Source: an uncultured virus (IMG/VR IMGVR_UViG_3300009183_000053) (lineage: Duplodnaviria; Heunggongvirae; Uroviricota; Caudoviricetes). Taken from it: a DNA stretch of 57,431 nucleotides. The stretch is from IMG/VR virus record IMGVR_UViG_3300009183_000053; one strand, 5' to 3'. Both the position numbers and the translations under genes were made by a program. Of the stretch, positions 18,289 through 29,800 are shown piece after piece. Within the stretch, counting starts at the first letter, position 1, and the number at the start of each line of letters is the position of its first letter. Under the pieces are notes generated by a model. The model was not told the DNA's origin, searched no databases, and saw nothing but the letters and a program-made list of their open reading frames with translations.

Positions 18289-20202
18289 TTAGAATTGACC
18301 TCCATCCAAAGCGGATGACCAAATAGGAACACCTGCATTGGTTACTGTAAGAATTTGATTAGACCATGTTTGGTCGGATGAACCTGCAGCAGCAGTAACA
18401 GCTAGTGCATTTGAACCATCGCCGTATACGATACCCTTTGATGTAAATGTAGAAGCACCAGTACCGCCTTGTGTTACAGTCAGACCAGAAATATCAGCAG
18501 CAGTCGCAGCACTTACACGGCCGTATGCATCAACAGTCAATGATGTGATTGTTTTAGCAGCACCTAGTGTACCAGTCAATGCATACGTTACGTTAGCGAT
18601 TGCTTGAATTGCACCGTTGCCATTACCAACCAACATTCTACCAGCGGTGAATGTCGATGCACCTGTACCGCCTTGTGGAACTGATAGACCAGAAATTTCT
18701 TGTTGTGTGAATCCTGTTACACGACCATATACGTCTGTTGTAATGTTGTTAACTGTGTTTGATGTTGCAACGTTTACGTTTACAACAGAAACGTTTGCTT
18801 GTGATACTAGACCACCTGTGCCGTTACCAAGAACAACCTGACCTGCGTTGAATGTACTTTGTCCTGTACCACCTTGGCCAACTGTTAGACCAGAAATCTG
18901 ACTGAATGTTGCAGCGGTTGTTCTACCATATGCATCAACAGTTACAGAAGTAATGGTGTTATTTTGTGCGCCAGTACCTGTTTCGGTATATGTACTATTA
19001 GCAAGTAGTTTTAATGAGTTTGAACCATCACCAACAAGGATAGAACCAGCAGTGAATGAACTTGCGCCAGTACCACCATTAGATACTGTTAGGTCATCAG
19101 TTAATGTTAATGATTTTAGTGATGTTGCACCAGCAACTGTTAGTGTACCAACTTGTAATACTGTTGTGTTTGCCCATGCAGCAACTAAGTTTGATTTCAA
19201 GTTTGCTTGGCGGAAGGTTCCTGATGAAACGTTGATTACGTTACTTGATGGATCACCTGTATAATTGTCGAATAGGTAATATGCACCATCACCAGCATGA
19301 CGAATCAAACCAGCAGAACGAGCCGTACCATCATTGTATGAACCAACAAAACCAATATCAACTGCATCGCCTGCATTATTTGCCGCAAGAACAATCAATG
19401 CATCTTCAGTTGACAATGTTGTTACATCATATTTTGTAACATCACCTAAAACAGCAAGATTACCGCTGATGGTAATATTACCATCAATCGTTTGATTCAT
19501 TGATGCAGTATTTGAACGAACAACTGTAGTGTCTACACTAAAAGAAACTGCATTGTCTGTTACTACTGATGTGATGCCTTCACCACCAATGAAGGTCAAT
19601 GTGTTATTTGCAAGGTGTACTGTATCTGTACCAGTATCACCAGCAATACTCAATGCTGTGGCGATACTTGTATTAGCAATGGACATGATACGACCATTTG
19701 CAGCAACAGTAACAACTGGTATGTTAGATGTACCACCATAAACACCAGCGGTTAGACCAGCAATAGTGTTAAGTGATGCACTTAATGTTGCATTTGCAGT
19801 ACCATTAAACAACTGTGCAGAAGCAGTAATGTCACCACCAGTAACATTAATAAATCTGTCTGTTTGAAATTGTGTTGCAGAGTTTGCGTTACCTGAGAAA
19901 GCGCCAGTACTTAATACGCCGCCATCAGAGAAACTAATACTTCTGACGTTTGCGTGGCCTAAGAAAACGTTACCAGATGCGTCACGTTTAACTATGGTGC
20001 TTACAGTATTTGAACTGGTAGCTGCATCAATCTGTGAGGTATAGTATTGACCACCAACATTAACAACACCTGTACCAGATGGTGAACCAATGAAAATGGT
20101 ATTTGAAAGGTATGAATAACCAAGTTCACCGGCTTGTAGGCTTACTGGTGTGCCTAACGTGGTGGAACGCTTGATTAGAATTGAGGTGTTTCCGATGGCC
20201 AT
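18289..20202 (-). CDS. Fibre protein with gp37-like N-domain, repeated V.QGGTG / TVDAYGRV modules, C-terminal LDGGQF
   Basis: Translated sequence. Confidence 0.75.
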   Translation of the reverse strand: MAIGNTSILIKRSTTLGTPVSLQAGELGYSYLSNTIFIGSPSGTGVVNVGGQYYTSQIDAATSSNTVSTIVKRDASGNVFLGHANVRSISFSDGGVLSTGAFSGNANSATQFQTDRFINVTGGDITASAQLFNGTANATLSASLNTIAGLTAGVYGGTSNIPVVTVAANGRIMSIANTSIATALSIAGDTGTDTVHLANNTLTFIGGEGITSVVTDNAVSFSVDTTVVRSNTASMNQTIDGNITISGNLAVLGDVTKYDVTTLSTEDALIVLAANNAGDAVDIGFVGSYNDGTARSAGLIRHAGDGAYYLFDNYTGDPSSNVINVSSGTFRQANLKSNLVAAWANTTVLQVGTLTVAGATSLKSLTLTDDLTVSNGGTGASSFTAGSILVGDGSNSLKLLANSTYTETGTGAQNNTITSVTVDAYGRTTAATFSQISGLTVGQGGTGQSTFNAGQVVLGNGTGGLVSQANVSVVNVNVATSNTVNNITTDVYGRVTGFTQQEISGLSVPQGGTGASTFTAGRMLVGNGNGAIQAIANVTYALTGTLGAAKTITSLTVDAYGRVSAATAADISGLTVTQGGTGASTFTSKGIVYGDGSNALAVTAAAGSSDQTWSNQILTVTNAGVPIWSSALDGGQF

Positions 20203-20244
20203 TATTATTATCCTTTTTGATTAGTTGGATTTAAATCCTATATC

Positions 20245-20252
20245 TATTTATG
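20245..20252 (-). promoter_or_regulatory. Late promoter-like box CATAAATA
   Basis: Upstream of 20202. Confidence 0.6.
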
Positions 20253-20478
20253 AAAAATTGCCTGCATCAATTATACTAATTGCATTAGCAATGTACTCCG
20301 GTCCGCCTATACTAACAATATTATTGCTCCACAACTGAGTTTCTACATTTAATGTGGTACTACCAATAAAAAGAGTGTTGGAAACAAAAGAAAATGCTAA
20401 TTCTCCGTCAGCCAAATTACTTGGTGCCGTATTTGCGTAAGAACGCAGTATTTGAATTGTTGTATTTGATCCTGCCAT
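20248..20478 (-). CDS. 76-aa protein consisting only of a gp37-like N-domain plus C-terminal IDAGNFS
   Basis: IQILRS..APSNLADGELAFS..NTLFIG, paralogous to the N-terminus of 18289..20202. Confidence 0.7.
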   Translation of the reverse strand: MAGSNTTIQILRSYANTAPSNLADGELAFSFVSNTLFIGSTTLNVETQLWSNNIVSIGGPEYIANAISIIDAGNFS

Positions 20479-20486
20479 AACTTATC

Positions 20487-21020
20487 TCAAAAGAAACCCA
20501 TATCAACACCCTGGAATGCCAAATAAGTTATAGAGTTTGCCACTGCTCGTTGAATTGCTTCTTCTGGAATTACACCAGCAATGGTTTGTACTGGTGTAAG
20601 ACCACCAACTGGTGATACAACAAGCGCAATAGGATTAGGATTTGCTGCTGTCGGCGCAGCTGAAAATGAAAGCGCACCAGTTGTTGCTTCGGCTTTAATG
20701 ACTGTACCATCCAAGTCAATAGTGTTACCACTTAGGTAAAGACTTCGGAACTTTCTTGTTCTGCTACCAAGGTCGAATGTTCTTGACTCTGTTGGTATTA
20801 AATTACCATGAATTGGTGTATCGGTACCAAGGCCTTTGGCACTAAATGTTTTTGTCTCTGAGTTATAAATTATCACATCACCGGTGTTTGCACCAGTTAA
20901 TGATAAGTCTGTTAAACTTCTGAGTGTTTGTGTACCGTAAGATAGAGTTTTGACCCTTGATTTTTGTCCTTCTATTCTTACCCTAACGGTTGCTGGTTGT
21001 CTAACTGTTACTGTTGGCAT
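20487..21020 (-). CDS. Short fibre-like protein ending in VDMGFF
   Basis: L.SLTD..G.VIIYN and GNLIP..FDLGS..F..LYLSG.TI fibre motifs. Confidence 0.65.
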   Translation of the reverse strand: MPTVTVRQPATVRVRIEGQKSRVKTLSYGTQTLRSLTDLSLTGANTGDVIIYNSETKTFSAKGLGTDTPIHGNLIPTESRTFDLGSRTRKFRSLYLSGNTIDLDGTVIKAEATTGALSFSAAPTAANPNPIALVVSPVGGLTPVQTIAGVIPEEAIQRAVANSITYLAFQGVDMGFF

Positions 21021-21029
21021 GATGTTCCT

Positions 21030-21371
21030 TTAAAATACAGTAACTTGAGGTAACACGTTCACAATTCCTTCTAAGACTCTCGTAACATTGTTAGAAGAAT
21101 CTTTTATAACAACATCATATACATATCTACCAGCAGAAATATTTGCTGTGTTTGCATATGGTAAAGACATAACCATGATACCTTCAGTTGGATCATTGAT
21201 GGTTATAACAAATTGCGCTGTTGTGTTACTTGAATAATAAGATTTTTTCATCACAGCTTTAATTTGGCAATTAACTAATTGAAAAGGTGTACCGTCAGCC
21301 TCATCCAATGCTACTGATGTGTTGAAGCTTGAACCTTGTTCTAAAAATAATTCTTGATAACCTGCTGGCAT
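21030..21371 (-). CDS. Conserved 113-aa virion protein (Ig-like, probable baseplate/fibre attachment)
   Basis: L.LEQGSSF..KKSY..TA.I.AGRYVYDV..RVLEG.V.V.P pattern. Confidence 0.65.
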   Translation of the reverse strand: MPAGYQELFLEQGSSFNTSVALDEADGTPFQLVNCQIKAVMKKSYYSSNTTAQFVITINDPTEGIMVMSLPYANTANISAGRYVYDVVIKDSSNNVTRVLEGIVNVLPQVTVF

Positions 21372-21390
21372 TTTTTAACCCCTTTAGAGG

Positions 21391-21398
21391 TATTTATC
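21391..21398 (-). promoter_or_regulatory. Late promoter-like box GATAAATA
   Basis: Intergenic, upstream of 21371. Confidence 0.6.
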
Positions 21399-21400
21399 AG

Positions 21401-22393
21401 TTATTCGGTTCGCATCCAAACATATAATGGATCAATGTCTGGTGTTGTATTGGCTGTGCCAAAGGCTGTGTTGGTAACTGCTACCCAGGTACCAAAACCA
21501 AACAATGTATTCGGATTAGCACTGTTCAATCCGTTCATGTAAATTGAACCAATCGGATAACCAGTGGTTAATGTATTTATTGTGGTAGGAATAGAAGGTT
21601 TATCTGATAAATCAAAGTAAGAACCTGATGTGGCCACTGAAGCTAAACCTGCAACAGCTGATGCATTAATTAAAATTGCGATATTGTTTGCTGAAGTAAG
21701 TCTACCTCTGTTATCAACGGTGAATCTTGGCACAAAAGATTGTGACCCATATGAACCAGCCGTTACACCTGTTATAGTTAGTCTAGCTGATGGTAAAAAA
21801 CCTGCGTTTATATTAGCTGCATCTGTTGTGTCTGTTGTTGCTGATGTGGCCAAACCAGTAACTTGTGCAGATGATATTGATATTGTAACGTTAGCTGCTG
21901 ATGTAATTCTACCATAAGAATCTACTACAAATCTTGAGTATGCGGAACCAGCTGAGGAACCATATGTACCAATTGTTACTGCTGTTGTTGGTAATCTGGC
22001 CGCAGGTAACGTACCTGATGTAATGTTATCAGCAACTGTAGTATCCGTGGTTGCTGATGCAACAAAGGTTGGATAACCAGTAATCTGTGAAGTTGCAATT
22101 TGAATTGCAGTGTTAACCACACTAGTAATTCTGCCTTTTGCATCTACGTTAAATTTTGGAACAGAACTTGCTGTACCATAACCTGTTGCAGATACGCCAG
22201 TATTAATGAATCTAGCATCAACAAATGTACCAGATGTTACTTGACTTGTAGTTATTGCAACAGCCTGTTGTGACGCTGATGTAATTCTACCTTGAGCATC
22301 AGTAACTATTGTTGGTATTTGTGTGGCATCACCATAAGTACCAGCAGTGACTGCTGTGTTTGCCAGTACTGATGGCGTTATCTTTGTTGTCAT
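21401..22393 (-). CDS. Fibre protein with four YG..P.F.VD..GR.T repeats and a short gp10-C-like end
   Basis: YPIGSIYM..NP..LFGFGTW..YVWMRT. Confidence 0.7.
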   Translation of the reverse strand: MTTKITPSVLANTAVTAGTYGDATQIPTIVTDAQGRITSASQQAVAITTSQVTSGTFVDARFINTGVSATGYGTASSVPKFNVDAKGRITSVVNTAIQIATSQITGYPTFVASATTDTTVADNITSGTLPAARLPTTAVTIGTYGSSAGSAYSRFVVDSYGRITSAANVTISISSAQVTGLATSATTDTTDAANINAGFLPSARLTITGVTAGSYGSQSFVPRFTVDNRGRLTSANNIAILINASAVAGLASVATSGSYFDLSDKPSIPTTINTLTTGYPIGSIYMNGLNSANPNTLFGFGTWVAVTNTAFGTANTTPDIDPLYVWMRTE

Positions 22394-25300
22394 TTAATCT
22401 GTCCTTTTAATACTTCAATTTCTGCTTTAAGTTCTTTAATTGCTTCAATCAAAACACCAACAATGTTACCATAAGATACTGACATAAACTCATCATCACT
22501 TGCGGCTTCCATAACAACTTCAGGTAATACTTCTTTCATTTCTTGTGCAATAACACCAACACCTTTTGTGCCAGAATCAATTCTTTCATAAGTAACACCA
22601 CGCATTTTTGATACAGTGTCTAAAGCATTTGTAATTGTTTCGACATTTGTTTTTAATCTTGCATCAGAGTAAGCAGTAACGTTGTTTCTAAACACTGCAT
22701 TACCAACAGTATCTAATGTCATTCTATATGTATTTAAACCATCGGACCATCCACCAATTCTAAAGACGTTATCATTGTCCAGTCCCATATTAATCGCAAA
22801 TGAACCTGGTCTATGAAACGACATGGTGGCGTGGTTTGTACCTATATTACCATTATTACCATAAACAACCAACGTACCCGCTTGACTAGCTGTACCTGTA
22901 GGAGATCCAGACTTATGATTGCGTGTTCCTGTAATATCAAAAGTATCACTTGTATTTAATACATCTGCACCATTAACAACCAAACCTTGGCCATTTAAAT
23001 AATATTTCGTACCATCATTAAAAAGATATCTATTTTGGGCACTATTTAAATAAAGAACACCAGTTGTACCACCAGTTCTATATGCGGTGATATCACCCGA
23101 AAGTGCCAATGTAACCTTACCTGTACCCGATACTGTAGTCTCACCAGTAAATGCTGCTCCGGCTAGTTTTGCCAAACCTGTAGGTAGTCTTGCATCTGCC
23201 AATGTTCCGGATGAAATATTGCTTGCGTTGGTTGTATCGGTAATAGTTGGGAAATCCGATATCTGTGATTTTGTAATAGAAATTTGTGAATCACCTGCAG
23301 CTGTCAGTCTACCTTTTGCATCAACAGTAAAGGTTCCAACTTTAGCGGCACCACCATATGAACCAGCTGACACTGCTGTTGATGGTAATCGAGCGTCAGG
23401 CAATGTACCTTTGTCGATGTTACCAGCACTTGTAGTATCAATCGTTGCTGAGTTTGCCAATGTTGGGAAGTCCGACACCTGAGATTTGGTGATAGAAATA
23501 GTAACGTTCGATACGGCAGTAACTCTACCTTTGCCATCAACTTTAACTTGAGCAATTTTTGATGCGGCGCCATATGTGTATGCATTTGCATCTGGACCAG
23601 CATCAATTAATTGACTGTCTGCAATAGTACCAGTAATTTTTGTATTTGCAAGACTTGTTATCCAAGATGGATTAGCATAAGAACTACTTGAATACAATCC
23701 ATTTGTTACTGTGCCTGCATTACCTGTAATACTTGATGTTAATGTGTACCCAGCATTTGCAAGATTGTTTACGAATGCTGTTGTAGCAAAATGTGTGTTT
23801 GATGTAGTAATTGGCATAGTAAGGCCATCAACACGACCTGTAAATGTACCACCAATCTTCGGCATCTTTCTAGTTTCTAGGTTGTCAATCGCATCTTGAA
23901 TAGTTGCACCAGACATATCACCAGATACAGGACCGTAAACAATATTGTTTGCAAAATACTCATACACCGCATAACCATCGACCTCAACCAATATTTTATC
24001 ACCTGTTACTGGTGCGCTTGTGAACTGTATAATTGAATTTGAAGTGAATGCATTATATTCAGATTCTAATTGACGCACACCGTTAATGTATGTTCTCAGT
24101 TGTGTACCAACACTAAATGTTGGTGTAGTAAATTTGGTTGTAAGGCTATCACCAGTATATGATAAACGTGATGATGAAATTCTAGAACCTGGTTGTGTAC
24201 CACCTCCACCACCTGTACCACCGGTGACCCAAGAATATCCACCTGATCCATCTGTACCCAAAACTTTTCCTGCGGCACCTGAACCTGCTGCAGCAGTGAC
24301 AGTCAAACCAAATAATGATGCGTAGGATGATGTTCCTGTACCACCTTGGCCAACCTGTAGTGGTGTTGTTAGTGATATTGCAGCAAAGGTTGGTGAACCT
24401 GTTGTGGTTAGGTCTTGTGATGTGCTAATTGACAATGTGTTGCCAGTACCATTATCATTTGTGGCAAATATAACAATACCATTGTTACTCTTTAGTGTAA
24501 TACCAGCAACATTTGCAGTAACAAAACCTGTTGTTCCTTTAATTGTTGCAACAGTCGTATTAGCTTTATCAAATGCTGCATTGGCCTGTGCAAATGCTGG
24601 TGCAACCTGAGGTGCCACATTGTTTGCGGATTCATATGCAGCATTTGCATGTCTGAACGCAGCATTAGCAAAAGATGCAGTTGTATTTTGTGAAGTGTAA
24701 GATGAATTGGCTCTTACAAATGCTGCGTTTGCAAACTTATCTGATGAATCAATTCGACCTTGTAAGAATGTATTTGCAGTTGTAATTTTAGTATTCAACG
24801 TATTGGCTGCTGTGGAAGAAGCGGCCTGTGCGGCTGTTTGGTCTAATGCATCACTAACATATTGATCCGTTATTATTCTATAATAATTGCCGTTAGTTAC
24901 ATTTAATATATCAAAGTTTTTATTTGTTTCGTTCCAACGAAGACTTGCATTTGCACCAGTAACACCTCTATTAATATCAATTGAACTAATTAATCCTTCA
25001 TTTGATCCTGCGTTCAAGGTAAATACATTTGAGTTGTATATTGTTGTGCCATTAATAACAAAATTACCACCAACCGATAGTTGTCCTACAGTTTGTAAAT
25101 TATTAACAAACACTGATGCGTTATTAGCATCAATTTTTTGTGTCACACTCATTGTTGCAGTGTTTACAGAAATGTTTGATTGTAATCTATTTGTAAATGT
25201 ATTACCTGTTACATTTAATAATGGTGTATATACAATACTATTTGCTTCTAATCTATTTGCAAATGCTGTTGTTGATACACTTAAAATTTGCGTGTTAACG

Positions 25301-26619
25301 GATGTATTTGCCTGTACTTGGTCAATCAATGCACGCTGAGTCACAGATAAAGTTTCTGTATTGGCTGATGTATTGGCTTGTAAAGTATTGGTATGAGTTT
25401 TACCTGTTACAGCTATAGCTGCAGTGGTAATTAATGTGTTCGCAATTAAATTTTTTGTCCAACTGGTGTTAACAACACTTGAGTTGGATGTATTCATTGA
25501 CGAATTTGCTTGCAAAAACTGAGTTAATGTGGTGCCCTCAACGTCTATTGAAGGTGTGTAGATATGTAAGTTTGCTGTAAGATAATCACCAAAAGAATTT
25601 ATTGAATGTAAAGTTGGTGTGGTTATATTTGCAGATGCAAAAAACGAAGTTGAGTTTGTATTTCCAACAGTTACAATATTATTTTGTAAATAAACTGTGT
25701 TTGCATAAAATAAATTTGCGTATGCGGTATTTGTACTATACTGGTCAACTGTATAGATTGCAATATTTGCAGACAATGTATTGGTGGTTATTACATTAGA
25801 TGCAATTATATTTGAAGAACTAATAAATGAATTGGCTAATAAGTTCTTTGTATAAACTGTACCTGTTATTGATGCATTTGCTGTATTAACGGATGAATTT
25901 GCCTGCACTCTATTTGCATATAGTGTATGTACAATAGATGCATTTGCTGTATTAACGGATGAATTTGCTTGTAATAAATTACCATAGATACCGGTTGTTG
26001 CGGAGAATGATGCCGCATTAACAATCGTATTGGCCTGAATTTCTGTTGTTGTTATGGAAGTATTTGCTTGTAAACGGCTGGTGTATATACTACTGTTTGC
26101 ACTGATAACATCAGTAACAATTTGATTGTTTGATTGTAATTTACTGGTGTATGTTGTACCAGTTACAGAGAGTGTGGATGTGTTAACTTTTTGACGAGCT
26201 TCTAGAATATTTAAATCTAAGTTTCCACCAACATACAAATCACCAGCAACTCTGGCATTGTTGGCCACTTTTAAACCAAAACCTGAACCCAACACATTCA
26301 ATACGTTTGCAATGTTTGCACTGCCTGATGTAGATAAACTCAATTCAGTATTTGTAAATAGTCCTTGGCGTTGTACAGTCAAATCATTCTGTATTGTTGC
26401 AGAAGAACCAACACCTTGTACACTCAAAACTTTTTGTATAATAACATTACCATTTGACTGTAATGCGTTTAGTGTTCCTTCGGAAAGATAAATTGTACCC
26501 GAATCTTTTACATAATTATCTTTGGCCAATACATTATTCTCAGCAATCAATGCACTGGTTGCAGTCAACCAATGTCCGAATGTATTGGCATAACTTAATG
26601 TGGTAACTGTATTAGCCAT
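22390..26619 (-). CDS. Long tail fibre with C-terminal peptidase S74 intramolecular chaperone
   Basis: YSDARLKTNV..NALD.V..MRGVTY..GVIAQE..VLPEVV..SVSYGN..VLIEAIKELK; N-terminal NTF..W motif. Confidence 0.85.
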   Translation of the reverse strand: MANTVTTLSYANTFGHWLTATSALIAENNVLAKDNYVKDSGTIYLSEGTLNALQSNGNVIIQKVLSVQGVGSSATIQNDLTVQRQGLFTNTELSLSTSGSANIANVLNVLGSGFGLKVANNARVAGDLYVGGNLDLNILEARQKVNTSTLSVTGTTYTSKLQSNNQIVTDVISANSSIYTSRLQANTSITTTEIQANTIVNAASFSATTGIYGNLLQANSSVNTANASIVHTLYANRVQANSSVNTANASITGTVYTKNLLANSFISSSNIIASNVITTNTLSANIAIYTVDQYSTNTAYANLFYANTVYLQNNIVTVGNTNSTSFFASANITTPTLHSINSFGDYLTANLHIYTPSIDVEGTTLTQFLQANSSMNTSNSSVVNTSWTKNLIANTLITTAAIAVTGKTHTNTLQANTSANTETLSVTQRALIDQVQANTSVNTQILSVSTTAFANRLEANSIVYTPLLNVTGNTFTNRLQSNISVNTATMSVTQKIDANNASVFVNNLQTVGQLSVGGNFVINGTTIYNSNVFTLNAGSNEGLISSIDINRGVTGANASLRWNETNKNFDILNVTNGNYYRIITDQYVSDALDQTAAQAASSTAANTLNTKITTANTFLQGRIDSSDKFANAAFVRANSSYTSQNTTASFANAAFRHANAAYESANNVAPQVAPAFAQANAAFDKANTTVATIKGTTGFVTANVAGITLKSNNGIVIFATNDNGTGNTLSISTSQDLTTTGSPTFAAISLTTPLQVGQGGTGTSSYASLFGLTVTAAAGSGAAGKVLGTDGSGGYSWVTGGTGGGGGTQPGSRISSSRLSYTGDSLTTKFTTPTFSVGTQLRTYINGVRQLESEYNAFTSNSIIQFTSAPVTGDKILVEVDGYAVYEYFANNIVYGPVSGDMSGATIQDAIDNLETRKMPKIGGTFTGRVDGLTMPITTSNTHFATTAFVNNLANAGYTLTSSITGNAGTVTNGLYSSSSYANPSWITSLANTKITGTIADSQLIDAGPDANAYTYGAASKIAQVKVDGKGRVTAVSNVTISITKSQVSDFPTLANSATIDTTSAGNIDKGTLPDARLPSTAVSAGSYGGAAKVGTFTVDAKGRLTAAGDSQISITKSQISDFPTITDTTNASNISSGTLADARLPTGLAKLAGAAFTGETTVSGTGKVTLALSGDITAYRTGGTTGVLYLNSAQNRYLFNDGTKYYLNGQGLVVNGADVLNTSDTFDITGTRNHKSGSPTGTASQAGTLVVYGNNGNIGTNHATMSFHRPGSFAINMGLDNDNVFRIGGWSDGLNTYRMTLDTVGNAVFRNNVTAYSDARLKTNVETITNALDTVSKMRGVTYERIDSGTKGVGVIAQEMKEVLPEVVMEAASDDEFMSVSYGNIVGVLIEAIKELKAEIEVLKGQIK

Positions 26620-26620
26620 T

Positions 26621-26842
26621 TTAACCTTTTTCTAATAGTTTTAGTAACAAACTTTTAATTTCTGTCATGTCTTGTTTCATTTCTGTGATATCAGACTTTA
26701 CTTTATTTATTTCTTCTTTTTGAGACTCCATACCACGGCGTCTAGCTAGATAGTCATCTAGTCCTGTTTTATCTTGGTTGATAATGGCGCCACTCCTAGG
26801 ATCTCTCACTAATTTGGTGCCTTTTACTCTCAGTAAGTTCAT
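26621..26842 (-). CDS. Small conserved coiled-coil protein typically following the DUF4815 gene
   Basis: LVRDPRSGAIIN..EIKSLLLKL. Confidence 0.7.
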   Translation of the reverse strand: MNLLRVKGTKLVRDPRSGAIINQDKTGLDDYLARRRGMESQKEEINKVKSDITEMKQDMTEIKSLLLKLLEKG

Positions 26843-26844
26843 AA

Positions 26845-29800
26845 TCAGAATGTGGTGTTAGTATTTGGAGGTAAAGCAATAGTTCTCACATCAGACAAAT
26901 ATGGAACAAGAGTTTTGTCTGTGGTTGTCAACACAATTTTGATTGCAAATTGACTGAATGTGTAGTATGTTTGGCCATTGGTACTTAGATAAGAAATAAA
27001 ACCTTGGTCTTTACCTGAGTTGCCTGGAGCAAAAGTATACTCACGTACATCACTTCTTGATTGTGAATATGTTCCATCAGAACTATTTGTTTTTGTCATT
27101 AGTTGCCAGTAACCATCATCAAAAGCTTGTGTATCATTTCTACTTAAAACTTTATAGTAAACATTGATATCGGTACCAACTGGACGATATGCAGAGAGGT
27201 AAACACTCAAGTCGCCAGAATCAAAACCACCATCCAATACAACTTTTTTGGTTAAGTATCGTGTTTCTGCTGGACCACCTTTAACAGAAGTTTCACCAGC
27301 AATTGTTGCGGTTGCGCCTGTTCCAGGTGTATTGTTTGCATCAAGTATAGTAACAGTTGGTGTCTCAATGTAACCAGAACCAGGTGATGTAATATAAATG
27401 TGGTCAATTACTCCACTAACCACATTGGCCGTTGCATATGCTTGTTCACCATTCTTACCAGTCGGTGAAGAAATTGTAACAGAGGTACATGAAGCATTAT
27501 AACCACTACCACCATTTGTAATTGAAATTAAACTGTTAGACAATTCACAATTGTTAATATCATATTGGATTGCAAACAAAGAAGTACCTGCATCAGAAAT
27601 GATAGGTGATACCGCATCGTCTGTAGACTCCAAATAACCATACATTGAGAATGATGTTGTGGAGTTTGATTTAAGTATTCTTTCACCTTTATTGTCATTC
27701 AAATAAATGTGTTCATACATTGTTGTACCATATTTACCTGGATTAATATTAACCTCAGGTGTTTCTGTGCCACTCTGTAATGTGGCTGCATATGTGTATG
27801 TAATTGTTGTTGAAGGCGGAATAAAATCTGTTGTAGACAAGTTAAACGCATCAACTAACACATCATCATTCGTGGTTAGAACAACATTGTTTACCATTGT
27901 ATTTGCATTTGTAAAATAATCAATGTTATTTTCTATCAATCCTCTTTGTGGTAATTTTTTAGGCACAATCATTCTGATTGATGGTGTCTTTGTTGTGTCA
28001 AACTTGGCACGTTCAACTGTAAACATTAAACTTTGGTTTTGATCCGCTGTCCATGTCTGAGCATTTTGAGAGATGAACAATGCACCAACATATGGAGCAC
28101 TGTTGATTTTTGTAATTGAACTTGGATATGGATCAGTTGCAAGATTCTTCACCGATGAAGGTAGTGCTGTATCACCATTCGCAGCGGTATATAAAGTATA
28201 TTCATTTGAAGATGATTTCAAAATCATTGCGTACAAACTACCCGATTGGATATACACAGGTGAATCAAAGACGAATTCTGTGTATGTGGTTTCATCCAAG
28301 TATTGTGGAGATTCTGACACATTAATTTTATATGCAGGTAAAGTAATAATAGAATTGTCTAGTGTAGAGCCATTTGGATAACCATTTAATGTTCCAACAA
28401 TAGACAATGTTACTGGTGCTGCATCACTTGTTGGTTTAGTTTTAAAGAAAACCTTAACTGAAGAAATGTATGCACCATTGGCAAAATTATCTCCATCAAT
28501 AATAAATGTTTGAGCCACAGGATCATAAGGTGAATACCACACACTGCGAGAAGTATTATTCTTGGTGAATGCTGGTAAAACCAAATCTCGTTTATTAACT
28601 TGTGTGAATACATCTTTTGCACCAGAAGGTGATGCACCAAAGTCTATGTTTTGTTTGTTAGTTTGTAGGCCAGACGCATAGAATGTGCCTTCTGCAAACG
28701 TTGTTACTGTTTCTTCATTTCCATTGAAACGATTGTCTATACGAAACACCCTTGAACCGCTGTGAAATGTATTTCCAGGTACAGTAAATATACCAAAAAC
28801 ACTACCTTCCTCATTTGTTTGTAATTTTCCAATAGAATATACATCATTTACTGAACATGAAATTGCTGTAGTTAAAGTTATAACTTTCGTTGTGCCATTG
28901 TATCCTGTAACTATTGCTGATTGGCCTTGACCTGATCCAGCAGTTATGTATAATGTACTACCAATATAATCTGTACTGGTTGATGAAGCTAAAGTTGACA
29001 AGGTAAGTGTTGTTGTACTACTAACAGTTTGTATTAATCCACCGTTGTGTGTTTGACTACTGAATGTTCCTTGTGCTGTACTAGTTTGATAAACACCTTC
29101 TGCATTAAAGAAAGCATTTTGTAATGCATTTCCATTATGGTATGTTGTTGTCTTACCATCAGCGGCTACATACAATCTCATATTATTAGAACCTGGATAA
29201 TCATATGTGCCGATAATAATACCTGTTGGTACAAATGTTCCTGATGTATAGTAACCCACAATATCACCTGAATTAAATGTACCTACCACATTTGTTAATT
29301 CAATTGTGTTTCCTTTTCTCAAATAATTGTCAACTAAAATTGTATCAAAGAAACTATGTACTTCAGTTTTGTATAACAAACCAGTGGATGCAACTACAAT
29401 TTCTTGTGGTCTTATCCAAGGAAGAATACTAATGTCGTTGATGTAACCATTGTTTAATGAATATGTATTGTCTACTTGACTATATGCACCCATTAAATTG
29501 TTTTGAGATTGATTCTGTGTAGTTTGGTATGTTGATGTAACAGTTGTATCTGTTATATTTTCTGTGTAACCAACGTTTCTACCATAAGGACCATCAAATC
29601 TACCATGATTTTCATGGTTGACTGCAAATGAATTTGTGCTTGTTGATTGTGATAGTAATGTTGTTGTGCCTGAAACGGTCTGCCAATCACCAGAAACTAA
29701 TGTGTTGATTGTGTTTGAACTTTGCCATATGTGTAGATTAGGATCAACAATCAAAAGTGATGGTGAGTATGTGGTATCTACCCAATTGTCTACATTAGGT

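Noticed and set aside
25871..25968. 32-bp direct repeat with 66-bp period in the long fibre gene
   Set aside because: Simply two adjacent 22-aa beta repeats of the fibre shaft; no separate function evident
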